The notes under the pieces were generated by a model. That model saw nothing but the letters and a program-made list of their open reading frames with translations, did not search any database and was not told the DNA's origin. DNA of 64,000 nucleotides from Acidobacteriota bacterium (lineage in GTDB: Bacteria > Acidobacteriota > UBA6911 > RPQK01 > JAJDTT01). The stretch lies in NCBI GenBank assembly GCA_965219855.1, contig CBDCOR010000010.1, positions 144,164 through 208,163 on the forward strand. Reading direction: 5' to 3'. Positions 27,442-38,287 of this stretch are shown here, piece by piece. The first letter of the stretch is position 1. Each line of letters starts with the position of its first letter. The position numbers were made by a program, and so were the translations under genes.

Positions 27442-28413
27442 ATGGTTATGAAGCAAAGCAGATATCTGGGGTTCCTCCTAGTGATGTCGGGGCTGGCCCT
27501 TGGGCTCAAAGGGGCGGCCCCACCGGGACGCGTCCACCTGCCTACAGGACAGCATCAGCTCTTCCTGGACGACTACCTGGTGGGATCGCTCTATCGGGTC
27601 AAACGGCGGGTCAACCAGCCAGTGAAGTACGAAGGTAACCCGGTAGTCTTTGCCGAGAAGCCTTGGGAAAAACACCCGGGTCCCGACTGGAATCCGGCCG
27701 AGACCGAGGCCATTCAGATTCGGAGTGCTCCCTGCTGGGACCCCCAGGAGCAGGTCTGGAAGATGTGGTACTACTCCGGCTCCAGGACGTTGTTCGCTCG
27801 ATCCAAAGACGGCGTCACCTGGGAGAAGCCCTCTCTGGGCAAGCGCGAGTTGGAAGGCTCCAAGGATAACAATCTGGTCCTGGTCAAGGGCGACCCCGAG
27901 GCCTTCATCCAGCACCTTCTGCTGGATCCAGACGGCACCCCAGAGCGGCGATACAAGGGCTTCATCGGCGCTCGGGACCGGCACCCGGTGGTCTCGGCCG
28001 ATGGATATGTGTTCACCAAACTCGACGTTCCACTGGTACCTAGCCAGGACGAATCTCATCTGAATTACGATGAGATCAAGAAGCGCTTCATTGCCACCGT
28101 CAAGCATAGAGGACCCTTTGGGCGCTCGGTCTTCCTCTCCCTGAGCAAAGACTTCGAGCAGTGGACGGAGCCCGAGCTGATCTTTCATGCCGACGCCAGC
28201 GATGGGGAGCTGCGGGGGGAGGTAGTAAACGAGCGGGGCCGCGAGGTCCTGGAAGGCTGGACCCGGGATCGCTGCCGATCCATTCGAGGTGATCATATCG
28301 GCACCGAGATCAAATGGACCGGACAGCAGGATCTCAGTTCCTTGCACGGCAAGCGCATTCGCTTCCGGTTTCGCCTTCACAACGCACGACTGTTCTCCTT
28401 CTGGATTCAGTAG
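27442..28413 (+). CDS. Secreted hypothetical protein, beta-propeller/glycoside-hydrolase-like (GH43/GH32-like WxxWY...DGVxWxKP motif)
   Basis: MVMKQSRYLGFLLVMSGLALGLKGAAP is a signal peptide. VWKMWYYSGSRTLFARSKDGVTWEKPSLG. Has a truncated paralog at 22990-23330. Confidence 0.55.
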   Translation: MVMKQSRYLGFLLVMSGLALGLKGAAPPGRVHLPTGQHQLFLDDYLVGSLYRVKRRVNQPVKYEGNPVVFAEKPWEKHPGPDWNPAETEAIQIRSAPCWDPQEQVWKMWYYSGSRTLFARSKDGVTWEKPSLGKRELEGSKDNNLVLVKGDPEAFIQHLLLDPDGTPERRYKGFIGARDRHPVVSADGYVFTKLDVPLVPSQDESHLNYDEIKKRFIATVKHRGPFGRSVFLSLSKDFEQWTEPELIFHADASDGELRGEVVNERGREVLEGWTRDRCRSIRGDHIGTEIKWTGQQDLSSLHGKRIRFRFRLHNARLFSFWIQ

Positions 28414-28600
28414 AGATTTCCGCCGCATCTGCGGTAGGCTGCGGTCCCCTCATTCCTTCTTGCTGGAGTGAATCGCAATGGCCGTGCCTTGAGGGTCCAG
28501 GCACTGGACGTGATTTTCCGATTTGGACTTTGCTACACTCTCCCCCCGAACGTACTTTGATACCCGAACATCCAAGCCATGACCTGTAGGAGGAGAATCA

Positions 28601-29484
28601 GTGACAGAGCATTCATATCGGATAGCGCCTCCAGGTTTCACCGTTGAGCAGTGGGAAGAGTTCATGGCGAACGGGATGCTCGTCTTCGAAAACGCTCTTT
28701 CCAGCGACGAGGTGGACCGGTATATCGAGGCTATTGATCGGGTCAGTGCCTCAGATCCCAAATTCATCTCCGGCCAGGATTATCGTCTCCCGCACGCCGT
28801 GGCAGCCGATCCGGTTCTGAGCGAGCTAATGATCATCCCAGACATCTGGGGTTTGCCTATGACCTCTACGGTGAGCTGCTGAAGGTGCAACGCTCGGATG
28901 TTTTTGTCCGGGGCAGGAAGACCGATCGAAGCACCTGGCATCCCGACTCCCCCCGGGCCACCCCCTACGCCGTCTTTGCTCCCGAGCTTCCGCTGCGCCT
29001 CTGCATTGGCTACTGGCTTACGGATCTACCCCAGCCTGGGATGGCCAATTTCATCTACATGCCGGGCAGTCATCGAACTCAGGAGTTCGAGCACTACTAT
29101 ACCCATGAAAGTGTGCCTGGCGAGGTGCCCCTGTGTGTTCCCGCCGGGACCATCACGGTGATGCACTGCGGGACCTGGCACCGGGTCGATGTCAACGAGA
29201 CCGACGTGCTTCGAAAGAACATCTTCGTGAGCTATTGCCCATCCTGGCTTTGGGAGGGAGATCGACGCCAGTCGGATCCCCAGTGGCTGGAGACCCTCAA
29301 TCGGGAGCAGCGAATCATCATGCGCAGCTTTCCAACCGCCCACGACAGGACCAATCCCGAATCCCAGGACGTGCCGCTTTTCCTGAGCAGGGAGACGGGC
29401 ACCGACTCGGACGCCGATGCCAACTTCGGAGTGCCGCTTCGGGTCCGGAAGCGCAAGACCCTGCCCGAGAAGCTCTCGCAGTAG
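28601..29484 (+). pseudogene. Second PhyH-family dioxygenase, interrupted by a 1-nt deletion in a T-run at ~28853
   Basis: ORFs 28601..28882 and 28885..29484 are contiguous PhyH homology (…FAYDLYGELLKVQRSDVFVRG…WHPD…HRTQEF…MHCGTWHR). GGTTTGCC would restore the frame if it were GGTTTTGCC. Confidence 0.7.
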
Positions 29485-29635
29485 GAAACCGCCTGGATCA
29501 TTCAAGAAAAAATTAGGTTCGAAGGGCGTGGCGGTGGTCTCCAGGCCGCCGTTCCTCGAGCCATCAGCCAGATGATTCAGGGGGAAACTGCAAGCATTGC
29601 CGATTCATGGACAAACTACCTGGTTGAGCTTCAGC

Positions 29636-31202
29636 TTAGGGACTGTGCCTCGTCTGCGACTCACTCGTATCGCCCTCGGAACGTCTCCGGAAGACATGCA
29701 GGCCGTAGCTGATGACGGTGCCCACGACCAGATTCACGACCAATGCTCCGGGTGCGATCCACATGAAGCTCGCGGGATCGGCTCCGGTGATCGGGTCCCT
29801 TCCGAAGATCAGGCCAGAATAGGCGAGCAGCACCGCCGTCGTCAGACCGCAGATGGCGCCCGCCGCGACGCCCAGGGGGCGGGCAAAGGGCACGAAAAAG
29901 GCGAAGAAGAAAAGACCGAACATGGGGGTCATTAGCAGGCCCGAGGTCTTCTTGGTCACCGCCCAGATGTTGCCGGGGACGCCTCCCATGAAAGCGCTTC
30001 ACAGCCCCGATAACGAATGCCAAGATCTTGGCCCAGCGAGCCTGGACCTTGGGGTCGGATGGGAGTCTTCCGAAGCGGTGCAGAAAGTCCCGGTCGATCA
30101 CGGCCGTGATGGAGTTTACCCCCGAGTCGATGCTGGACATGGCAGCTGCCAGCATGGCCGCTACTACCAGCCCTGAGATCCCTGGCGGCAACAGATAGGA
30201 GATGAAATAGGGGAAGACCTTGTCTCCGTTGTTTCCCGTGTCGATTCCAGCGGGGAGAAGTTCGGGGTTGTTCTGGACCAGTCCCAGGAGCGCGAAGCCT
30301 ACCAGCCAGAGTGTCACCACCACCCCTATCCCTACGATCTGGTTGGTCGCATAGGCCCGCCGCGCGGCCCTGGCGTCAGTCGTTGCCATGAGACGCTGGA
30401 TCTTGGTCTGATCTCCAGCCAGTCCAGCGGATGCAAGGATGAAGGTGGAGAAAATGGTGCCCAGGATACTCAGACGTACAGAAGGGTCGAAGCTGAACAG
30501 GGGCTGCTGATCCCAGTGGGGCTGCCAGGAGGTGGGAAACCAACCGAGTCCGCCCATCCGATAGGTTACCAGGCCAATCACCAAGAGGGCTCCTCCCAAC
30601 ATGAACAAAGTCTGGAAGCCGTCGGTGATGACGACGGCTCGCAGTCCGCCGAGGGAGGTGTAGGTAACGGCAATCAATCCGGTGATGAGGGTAATCCAAG
30701 GGATCCATGACTCATCCAGGCCCATCATGATCGCGAGGGCCTGGGCGGCCAGGAAGACCAGCAACGACATCCACACCAGGCGAAACAGGAGGAACAGCAC
30801 GGCCCCCAGCATCCGGATTCCCAGACCCAGCCGCTCTTCCAGCAGCTCGTAGGCACTGATGACCCGGGTCCTCATGAAGACGAGGATGAAGATGAAGCCA
30901 ACCACCACGAAGATGAAGGGGTGAGCCAGCTGGTTGGCCAGCCCCACCGGACCCTTGGAAATGGCTTCTCCCGGAATGGAGAGGTAGCCGATGCTGCTCA
31001 GGGAAGTGGCCATCAGGGAGACCCCGATCAGCGTCGGATTCATCCTGCCGCCGCCGGTAAAGTATTCCTCCAGGCTAGTCTGACGACGGGAGTAGTAGCT
31101 GCCCAGGAGGATGGTCCCAAGGGCATACAAGGCGACGATGATCCAGTCGATGAGTGCGAGTCCGCTGCTGGAATTCTCGAAAAGATTCATACCCCGTCCC
31201 AA
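29636..31202 (-). pseudogene. Sodium:solute symporter (SSS) family transporter with a frameshift near 29990
   Basis: The N-terminal 450 aa are in one frame (ORF 29661..31202). The C-terminal TM helices (GLLMTPMFGLFFFAFFVPFA...) are in another (29636..29989). Confidence 0.7.
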
Positions 31203-31334
31203 ATCTTCGCATTGTTGGTCCCATTCTTCGCCACGTTGTCCAACGACAAGAGACTTGCGACGCTTCTTGAAGTTTCAGCTTAGCAGCGCCACCGGCTGCG
31301 CCGGATCGTACCTGAAGAAACTTCAGTCGAGGGA

Positions 31335-33363
31335 CGATAGGGTAGGGAAGCACGGTCACCCGGCTCCCCTCCCTCCGAACTGCACGTGCGATTCTCCCGC
31401 ATACAGCTCTCCAGTCAGTAGGTTCCTATGGATTGGACGAAACGGATATGGGCGTCAGTCAGGCTCGTGAACCCATGATCCGTAAAGAAGGCGTTGGGCC
31501 AACGGTGATTTCGACAGAGGCGTTTTCTATTCTTCCGGTTGCGCTTCAGAAGCAGGCGTCGCAAACGACGACGGATCAGACCGTCGTAGTCCTTGAAGAT
31601 GTTCCAATGACAGTGCCGGAAGTAGTTGAACCAGCCTTGCGTCGAGCGATTGAGCCGCTGGAGGATGACCTCCAGCGAGTCGCCCGACTTGCGCGGCGTC
31701 AGCTCGTGAATGCGCTCGACGAACTTTCGGTGGCTCTTCGCTCGTGGAAACCGAAAACGGCCTCGGAACGAATCGCCCAAGAACGAAAAGCTCTTCTCTC
31801 GCGAGTCCACGATGTGTGTCTTCTCGGGATGCAGTCTCAGCCCGTTGTCCTCCACCCAGTCCCGCCCTTCGGCCAGGGCCGCTTCAGCCTCCTCGGGTGC
31901 GCGACACAGCAGGACAAAGTCATCCGCGTAGCGCACCATCTGGAAGCCCAGATCGGCCATCCGATGGTCCAGGGGATTGAGGTAGGCATTCGACAACACC
32001 GGAGAAAGAACGGCGCCTTGGGGGACTCCGGCTTCCGGAATCCACTTACGCAGCTCTTCCAGTATCCCCTGATTCAGAAACAGCTGAACCAGGCCCAGCA
32101 CGCGGCGATCCGATATCTTCTGTTGGATCAGGTCCAACAGTCGATCTTTCGGGATCGTATCGAAGTAACCCTTCAGATCCGCGTCGACGACATACACATA
32201 ACCGGCTTCGAGCAGCTCTTCGACGTACCGCAGTGCGCCGTGGCACCCTCGCCCATGACGAAAGCCGTAGCTTCGATCATGGAACGTGGCCTCCAGAATC
32301 GGCTCGATCCCGTGGACCAAAGCCGTTTGCACGACTCGATCCCGCACGGTCGAAATCCCCAGCGGTCGCTTTTCCGAACTGCCTGTTTTGGGAATCCACC
32401 TCCGCAGCACCGCTGCCGGACGATAGGTCCCCTCACGCAGTTCTTCCTGCAACCATTCGAGTTCCTCCCGCTCGTGTTCGGCGAAATCCCCCCACGTTTG
32501 CCGGTCCACTCCCGCCGCTCCTTTCCTGCCCAAGACCTTCTCGGCCGAGCTGGAAAGGTTCCGGCTGCAAAACACCTTATCGATCAGCGTGTGCCATTTC
32601 CCTCCTCTCACCTTTCCTTTCAAAAGTGTCTCCAACATGCGATCCGTCCAAACCGCGCGATGAGCCCACTGTTCGATGCCAGCGGGCTCTCCAGCCGGGC
32701 TAGCCGAAAACGGCACTGTGACCGGGATGTAGTCCCGCCTTTGGGCGGAGTTACGTTTCCGCGATTTAGTCATTTCGCATCTACCTTCCTGCTCCCCTTC
32801 GCTCCACCGCGTTTTGCTGCACGGCTTCCCCGCTACTATGGGAGCTCTGACTTCTGTCGAGCCGCTTCAACCGACCTCACCGGTATCGCCAGGTTCGCTC
32901 CCCTTCGGCGGGCGATACTGCACCGCGGGCCTGGGCCATTGCTCACGCAGCGTCCCCCACTGCGAGCTCTCACGATGGGTCGTCCACGTCCCTCACCCGA
33001 CAGATCTCCCTGCTTATCTCGTTTGACCTTCCGACCTCTCCATCTCCAACCACCGCATTGCCATTTCGTCACGGTCGCTTTGTCACGTTACTTCACCGCC
33101 GTGACTTGCCGCGTCTATCCCCCCGGGCAGACCGTTCAGGTCGGAGGGATGGCCGTCGCGCGGTCAAGGGTTCGGGCTTTGCCAGGACCCTCCCCGACAG
33201 GCTTGGCCAAATCGAGTTCACTTGCGTTACGGATTGGTCGTTCGTCTCAGGTTGCTCTCCACCCTTCCTCACGGAAACGCAGTTACCACTGTCGACTTCA
33301 GGCCGGTAACGTTAGCCTGGAAGGGACTTTCACCCTTCTGATCAAACGCCTTCACAGGCGCAC
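31335..33363 (-). mobile_element. Group II intron (IIC-like), copy 2, 2029 nt
   Basis: Same offsets as copy 1 (IEP starts 590 nt from the 5' end and stops 80 nt from the 3' end). One amino-acid difference in the IEP (P->S). Confidence 0.8.
31415..32773 (-). CDS. Group II intron RT/maturase (copy 2)
   Basis: Identical to 21511..22869 except GISTVRD vs GIPTVRD. Confidence 0.9.
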   Translation of the reverse strand: MTKSRKRNSAQRRDYIPVTVPFSASPAGEPAGIEQWAHRAVWTDRMLETLLKGKVRGGKWHTLIDKVFCSRNLSSSAEKVLGRKGAAGVDRQTWGDFAEHEREELEWLQEELREGTYRPAAVLRRWIPKTGSSEKRPLGISTVRDRVVQTALVHGIEPILEATFHDRSYGFRHGRGCHGALRYVEELLEAGYVYVVDADLKGYFDTIPKDRLLDLIQQKISDRRVLGLVQLFLNQGILEELRKWIPEAGVPQGAVLSPVLSNAYLNPLDHRMADLGFQMVRYADDFVLLCRAPEEAEAALAEGRDWVEDNGLRLHPEKTHIVDSREKSFSFLGDSFRGRFRFPRAKSHRKFVERIHELTPRKSGDSLEVILQRLNRSTQGWFNYFRHCHWNIFKDYDGLIRRRLRRLLLKRNRKNRKRLCRNHRWPNAFFTDHGFTSLTDAHIRFVQSIGTY

Positions 33364-33438
33364 TAGCTTCGGCCTCCAGGCCGCCGTCCGAGCCAAAGGC
33401 TCGGAAAAATAAGACTTCGGCCTGGAGGCCAAAGCTAC
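33364..33438. repeat. Palindromic terminator-like element; 5' exon of intron copy 2 (on the minus strand)
   Basis: GGCCTCCAGGCCGCCGTCCGAGCCAAAGGCTCGG....CGGCCTGGAGGCCAAAGCTAC. Extended 21-bp stem. Followed at 33450 by the dispersed motif AAGTTTCAGCTTAG. Confidence 0.7.
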
Positions 33439-33469
33439 ATTCGCCAATCAAGTTTCAGCTTAGTCCTAA

Positions 33470-35420
33470 GTTACCTCGTAGAAAAGTGATGTAACCTATT
33501 GTTAAGATTGGGGTAATGCTACAAATCAGCTGCGTCGGTACTGGGTACATTATAGACGAACGCCGAGGAGATCCAGGGCTCGCTGCTGAAGCGATGTGGG
33601 ACGGGTGATTTTGTCGAAGGCTGCTGAGCCGGGCAACTGCGGCTGAATCCGGTTTTTGGAGATCGTGGCCAAATCGCTGAGCAAGGTCTGAAAGCTGTGC
33701 ACGGGCCCACCCTCAACGGTGCGCTTGCGGTGAGCCTTGCGGAGGGCCTGAGGAGAGCGCTGAGAGGGTGCCACCACCGAATCGCGAAGCTGCCTCCCCG
33801 CCTCGGGATCCTCGTCGTCGAACAGGATCGGAGCTAACTTCTGTCGCATGTGCCACTCGACGTAGTAGGCAAGCATGCACAGAAAGACGTGAGCGCGGAC
33901 CCGATCCTCCAGATGGTGGTAAATGGGTCGGACCTTCAGATCGACACTCTTACAGCTGCGGAAGGCCCGTTCGGCGACGGACAACCCCTTGTAGGCAGCC
34001 ACCGTTTGTTCGGCATCCATTTGCTCGCGGGCCAGGTTGGTGCGAATCACATAGATCCCGTCCAGTGCCGCCTCCTGCTCGATGCGCTCCTGCCGGCGCT
34101 GGTAGGAGAAGGACTCCTCGCCGATCTCCAGGACAAAATGCTTGCCCACTTTGTAGCGGTTGAGGACTTTGCCCACCCGCAGGGCAATCCGATCCTTGCC
34201 CTTGAAGCGACGCTTCGGACGTTGCGTTGCCTGGACAATCTTCTCCAACTCCAGCTCGGTCGCCTGGAGCAGTTGCTGGCGATTGCGGGCCCGTTCCTCC
34301 GCTAAGAGGGGATTACGGCAGACAATGAGCCGTTCCCCGGGGTAGTCCGGGCTCTGGATCTCGGCCAGGTCGCGTTGATCAAACAGGGACAGCTGCAGCG
34401 GACCGGATTGAAACAGTTTGCGGATCTGAGGGCCTCGCAGGGCCGTGATCCAGCCCATGCCGGGCAGCGGCTTGAGCTCCTCCCGAATGCGGGCTTCCGT
34501 CAGCATTCCTCGATCGGCGACCACCACCACCGAGCGCAACCCGAAGCGTTGGCGCAGTTTTTGGATTTGGCTGGTCACTGTTGTGGGGTCCGCTCGGTTG
34601 CCTTCGAAGACCTCGACCGCGACGGGGCAGCCTTTCGCACAGCAGGCCGAAGACGATCTGCAGCGTACCCCCTTTGCCGTCTCGGGAATACCCCCGCTGG
34701 GCCAACGGGCAACTCCTCCCTTCGAAGTAGGTCGAGGTGACGTCGTAGATCACGAGGCAACCGTCCTGCAGGCGCTGAGCCGCCAGCTGGTTTTCAATCT
34801 TTGGTTGTCGAACGAGCAGCCAGTCCAAGGCGCCGTACAGATCATCGGCCGTCGCGGCCTCCACCTGTAAGAGCTCGCCCAAGCTGCTGGACAGGGTCTG
34901 GGGATCCCATCCGCGTGCGGTGGCCAGCTTGGAGCGGGGCTCCAGGATGCGCGCCACGATCAGGGCCACTACCAGGCGGCGCTGCAGGCTGTTGCGAGTG
35001 GCCAGTAAGCGCTCCAAACCGAGGCGGCGCAGGGTACCCAAGACGGCCGCCACATGACCATGGGGGCGAGTGCGCTGGACCTGGAAGGCTTGGCTCAAGT
35101 CGGAGATGACGGAGCCTCCCTTCAAGAGGCTGCGCAGGCCTTCGACGATCTCCGCGGGCCACTTGCTGAGGTTAGCCAGAGTGCGCTTGCGCACCTTGCC
35201 GGCTTGCCGGTAGGACTCGCGCAGGAGAATGGCCGGGGGCGAGTTGCGGTTGGGAACGGATTCGATGTACATGGGCACTATAATATCACATACTACCGAC
35301 AATAAAGGACACTAAACCAACTATTACATGGGTACAAATTGTCGAACACAAAAAGACCCTTACCTGATGATCCACAATGGCTTACAGGTTGTTTTTCAGC
35401 TAGTTTTCAGGGTAACTTCG
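33470..35420 (-). mobile_element. IS1634-like (IS4 superfamily) element with a frameshifted transposase; approximate ends CTAAGTTACC.../...GGTAACTTCGGCTTAG
   Basis: Imperfect terminal inverted repeats around AAGTTACC. Inserted ~28 nt from the palindromic element. Confidence 0.5.
33550..35302 (-). pseudogene. IS1634/IS4-type DDE transposase, single frameshift near 34640
   Basis: N-terminal ORF 34379..35302 (...VIYDVTSTYFEG...) and C-terminal ORF 33550..34578 (...VVVADRGMLTEA...). The conserved stretch CAKGCPVAVEVFEGNRADPTT is readable only after a 1-nt shift. Confidence 0.65.
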
Positions 35421-35580
35421 GCTTAGTAGCTCCCCAGCCGGGCTGCCCCATTCGAGAAAGAAACTTGAAGCCTCTCGCCACACTGTCCAGTGGCAAGAGA
35501 CGTGCGACGTTCGGACGTTCAGACGTGCGACGATCCCAATGAAGTTTCAGCTTCGGGCCCTGACCAATCGCGAAGTCGGC

Positions 35581-36840
35581 TCATCGAAAGAAGATGCGCT
35601 GGACCATCCAGTACGCCCCAGCCAGGGCGATGCAGAGAGATCCGGGGACGACCACATACCTGCGGTAGCGATCCGGGTTACGCAGCCACAGCGTAGCGAG
35701 GAACGCCAGCACGATTACTGTCAGTTGCCCCAGTTCGACTCCGACGTTAAAACCCAGCAGGGCCACCAGGAGGGGTGCCGCTGGCAATTCGAGCTCACCC
35801 AGGGCTCCGGCGAAACCTAGGCCGTGAACCAGGCCGAAGACGAATATCACCAATAACCTCCAAGGCGAGTATTTTGGGTAGAAGATATTCTCCAGTGCGA
35901 TCACCACGATGCTGGCGGCGATCACCGGTTCTACCACGGAGCCCGGAACGCGCACCACGCCTGTTGTGGCAAGGCCCAGGGTGATGGTGTGCGCGAGGGT
36001 GAAGGTAGTGACCTGCCAGAGTAGAGGACGCCACTTTCGGCTGAGCAGAAAAAGACCCAGCACGAAGAGAATATGATCCAAGCCCAGCGGCGCAACATGC
36101 ACGTAACCAGCGCGGATGAAGCTGAGAACAGTCTCCCAATCGTCCGATGAATAGACGCCCTCGATCAGCTCCAGGTCGGGATCCCCTATTTCCGCCTTCA
36201 CCAAGCCTGTCAAGTCGAGCAGCCGGCTGGTTTCGCCGGGGAAAAGCACCTGGATGCCCTTTAGTATCTCCTTCTTGTAGTAGTTGAGACAAAGCACGCT
36301 GAGTTCCCCCTGCGGCAGGGCGCGAACCTGGTAGCCGGTGTGGCCGCCGAGATCGTCCAGACGCCAGGAGCCGGTCAACATGACAGGATCATCGGCTCGG
36401 CTGAGTGGACGGGATCGAAAAGTGGTGAACTCAAACGTCCAAATCGGTTGAACCACTCCTCCTGGATCCAAGGACAGCTCCACTGTGCGCCTGGCATACT
36501 CCTGTGCCTGTGACCGAAACCGATCGCGTTGTGCTTCTGAGAAGCGCAGGTACTGCTCGAGGAGCAGGTAGGGTTCGTTCACGGGATCCTCGCTGAAGCA
36601 ACGGGTGTCGACTTCTATCTTGATGACGGCGCTGCCATCCGCTTCAAAAGACGACCGCAGAGGGAGATCCGGAATTGGATGGGCGAGTGTAGGAGAAAGC
36701 GCGGCTGAGATCAGTGTCGCGATCAGGGCCAGACCCGGAGCTACTCGCCGGAATCGGGAAGAGAATCCGCACCTGACTCTCGGTCTTGCTTCATAGGCCC
36801 ACCTGTGTTTCACTAGATAGGTAACGATGTGGCCAGACAT
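35581..36840 (-). CDS. HupE/UreJ-family membrane protein with an N-terminal periplasmic domain
   Basis: C-terminal TM region HGLGFAGALGELELPAAPLLVALLGFNVGVELGQL (HupE/UreJ signature His/Glu). Signal-like APGLALIATLISAALSPTLAHP. Start uncertain (ATG ~36840 or GTG ~36744). Confidence 0.65.
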   Translation of the reverse strand: MSGHIVTYLVKHRWAYEARPRVRCGFSSRFRRVAPGLALIATLISAALSPTLAHPIPDLPLRSSFEADGSAVIKIEVDTRCFSEDPVNEPYLLLEQYLRFSEAQRDRFRSQAQEYARRTVELSLDPGGVVQPIWTFEFTTFRSRPLSRADDPVMLTGSWRLDDLGGHTGYQVRALPQGELSVLCLNYYKKEILKGIQVLFPGETSRLLDLTGLVKAEIGDPDLELIEGVYSSDDWETVLSFIRAGYVHVAPLGLDHILFVLGLFLLSRKWRPLLWQVTTFTLAHTITLGLATTGVVRVPGSVVEPVIAASIVVIALENIFYPKYSPWRLLVIFVFGLVHGLGFAGALGELELPAAPLLVALLGFNVGVELGQLTVIVLAFLATLWLRNPDRYRRYVVVPGSLCIALAGAYWMVQRIFFR

Positions 36841-36880
36841 ACTGGCCAACTTTAGACTACCCATCAAAAAGGAGAAAGCC

Positions 36881-37171
36881 ATGAGACTCATTCTCACTGC
36901 AATTCTTGTCTTCTCTCTGACAGTCGCGGCTCCCTTCGCCGGTTGTGGCAAGAAGGTGGCCAACGCGGGAACCCTGGAGAACGTGGATCAAAGCAACAAG
37001 ACTATCAGGGTTAAGCAAGCAGATGGTACAGAACTCACCTTCAAGGTGAACCCACAAAGCAAGTTCTACAATGCAGCCGGCGAGGAAACCTCTGCCGAAA
37101 GCTTGGTGGGTAAGGAGATCGATACCAGTACCGAGCACGACGTGGTGGCTACGGCCAAGGAAAAGAGCTAA
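36881..37171 (+). CDS. Small lipoprotein (96 aa)
   Basis: SD AAAAAGGAGAAAGCC before the ATG. Lipobox LTVAAPFAGC. Followed by the hairpin CTACGGTTCGAAATCCGTAG. Confidence 0.6.
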   Translation: MRLILTAILVFSLTVAAPFAGCGKKVANAGTLENVDQSNKTIRVKQADGTELTFKVNPQSKFYNAAGEETSAESLVGKEIDTSTEHDVVATAKEKS

Positions 37172-37564
37172 GCCTGCTCTACGGTTCGAAATCCGTAGTG
37201 AGAATCTAAAGTCAGAGCCCGGCCCCGGGGCATGCCATCTCGATACTTCCAAATCGGTGTGCTTCGCTGGCTGGGGAGAGCCGAGCCACTGTACTGTTTT
37301 GCGTTGATCTTTCTGACTCGGCTGATCTACTAGTGCGCTTTGTTGGCGGCTGAACAGGCTCCCGATCCAGCTGTCCCCTCTATTTCTGTTCTCTGAGTCT
37401 CACGAGAATCAGTAGCGATCCTCGATCGACCCTTTTGGTCACTGACCGTCAGTGTACCTATCCCCAGTGGTTTCTTCGCGGATGAGTTCCGGGTTGGCGG
37501 AACCACCAGTTGTCGCTGGATCATTCAAAGTATGAGTTGGATCCGAAAGAAGGAGATTGCCAAG

Positions 37565-38197
37565 ATGCAAAAAAGGGTGGCGGTTGTCGGGCTGCTCGTG
37601 TTGAGCTGCCTGCTGAGCCTGGGGACCGCGGGCACTGAGCAGGAAGCCTCGCAGGGCGTCTACATCATCTTCGATGGGTCGGGTTCCATGTGGGGTCAGC
37701 TTGCTGACAAGGTGCACAAGATTACGGCAGCCCGTGGTGTGCTGAAGGAGTTTGTCAGTAGTGATTTTGGGGAGAAGGAGCTGGCACTGCGTGTCTATGG
37801 ACACCGCAGGAAGGGCGACTGTTCCGACACCGAGCTGGTAGTTCCCTTCGCCTCCTCCCGCTCGTCCGTGACCCGAATGCAGGAGTTTGTAGATAAGATC
37901 AATCCCCGAGGGAAGACCCCCATCAGCCGAAGTCTGCGAGCAGCTTTGGAAGATTTCGGAGACCGTAAGGGCGAGATCATTCTCATCAGTGACGGGATCG
38001 AAACCTGCGACGAGGATCCCTGTGAGCTGGTGCGGGATTGGGTCGAGAAGGACGTCAAGATCAAGGTGCATGTGGTCGGACTGGGTCTCAATACGCGCGA
38101 GGAGAAGGCCATGCGGTGCATCTCCGATGCGGCCGGGACCCAGTATCAGAATGCCGGCTCCGCCGCCGAACTAGCTGTGACGGAACCTGGTATTTGA
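37565..38197 (+). CDS. Secreted von Willebrand factor A (vWA) domain protein
   Basis: Signal peptide. MIDAS motif YIIFDGSGSM with later T and D residues. Ends 3-7 nt before the IS21-like left inverted repeat, so it may be 3'-truncated. Confidence 0.7.
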   Translation: MQKRVAVVGLLVLSCLLSLGTAGTEQEASQGVYIIFDGSGSMWGQLADKVHKITAARGVLKEFVSSDFGEKELALRVYGHRRKGDCSDTELVVPFASSRSSVTRMQEFVDKINPRGKTPISRSLRAALEDFGDRKGEIILISDGIETCDEDPCELVRDWVEKDVKIKVHVVGLGLNTREEKAMRCISDAAGTQYQNAGSAAELAVTEPGI

Positions 38198-38287
38198 TTC
38201 CTTAGGGGACGCGAAGTTTTACGACCCCTCCCCCCAATCGGGGCGTCAGGGTCATGTCCGATTCTTCCGGTAGGAAGGAGGTCGGGG

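Noticed and set aside
37183-37205. tRNA-like GGTTCGAAATCC sequence
   Set aside because: Only a single 6-bp hairpin (CTACGG/CCGTAG) directly after the lipoprotein stop. No acceptor, D or anticodon arms.
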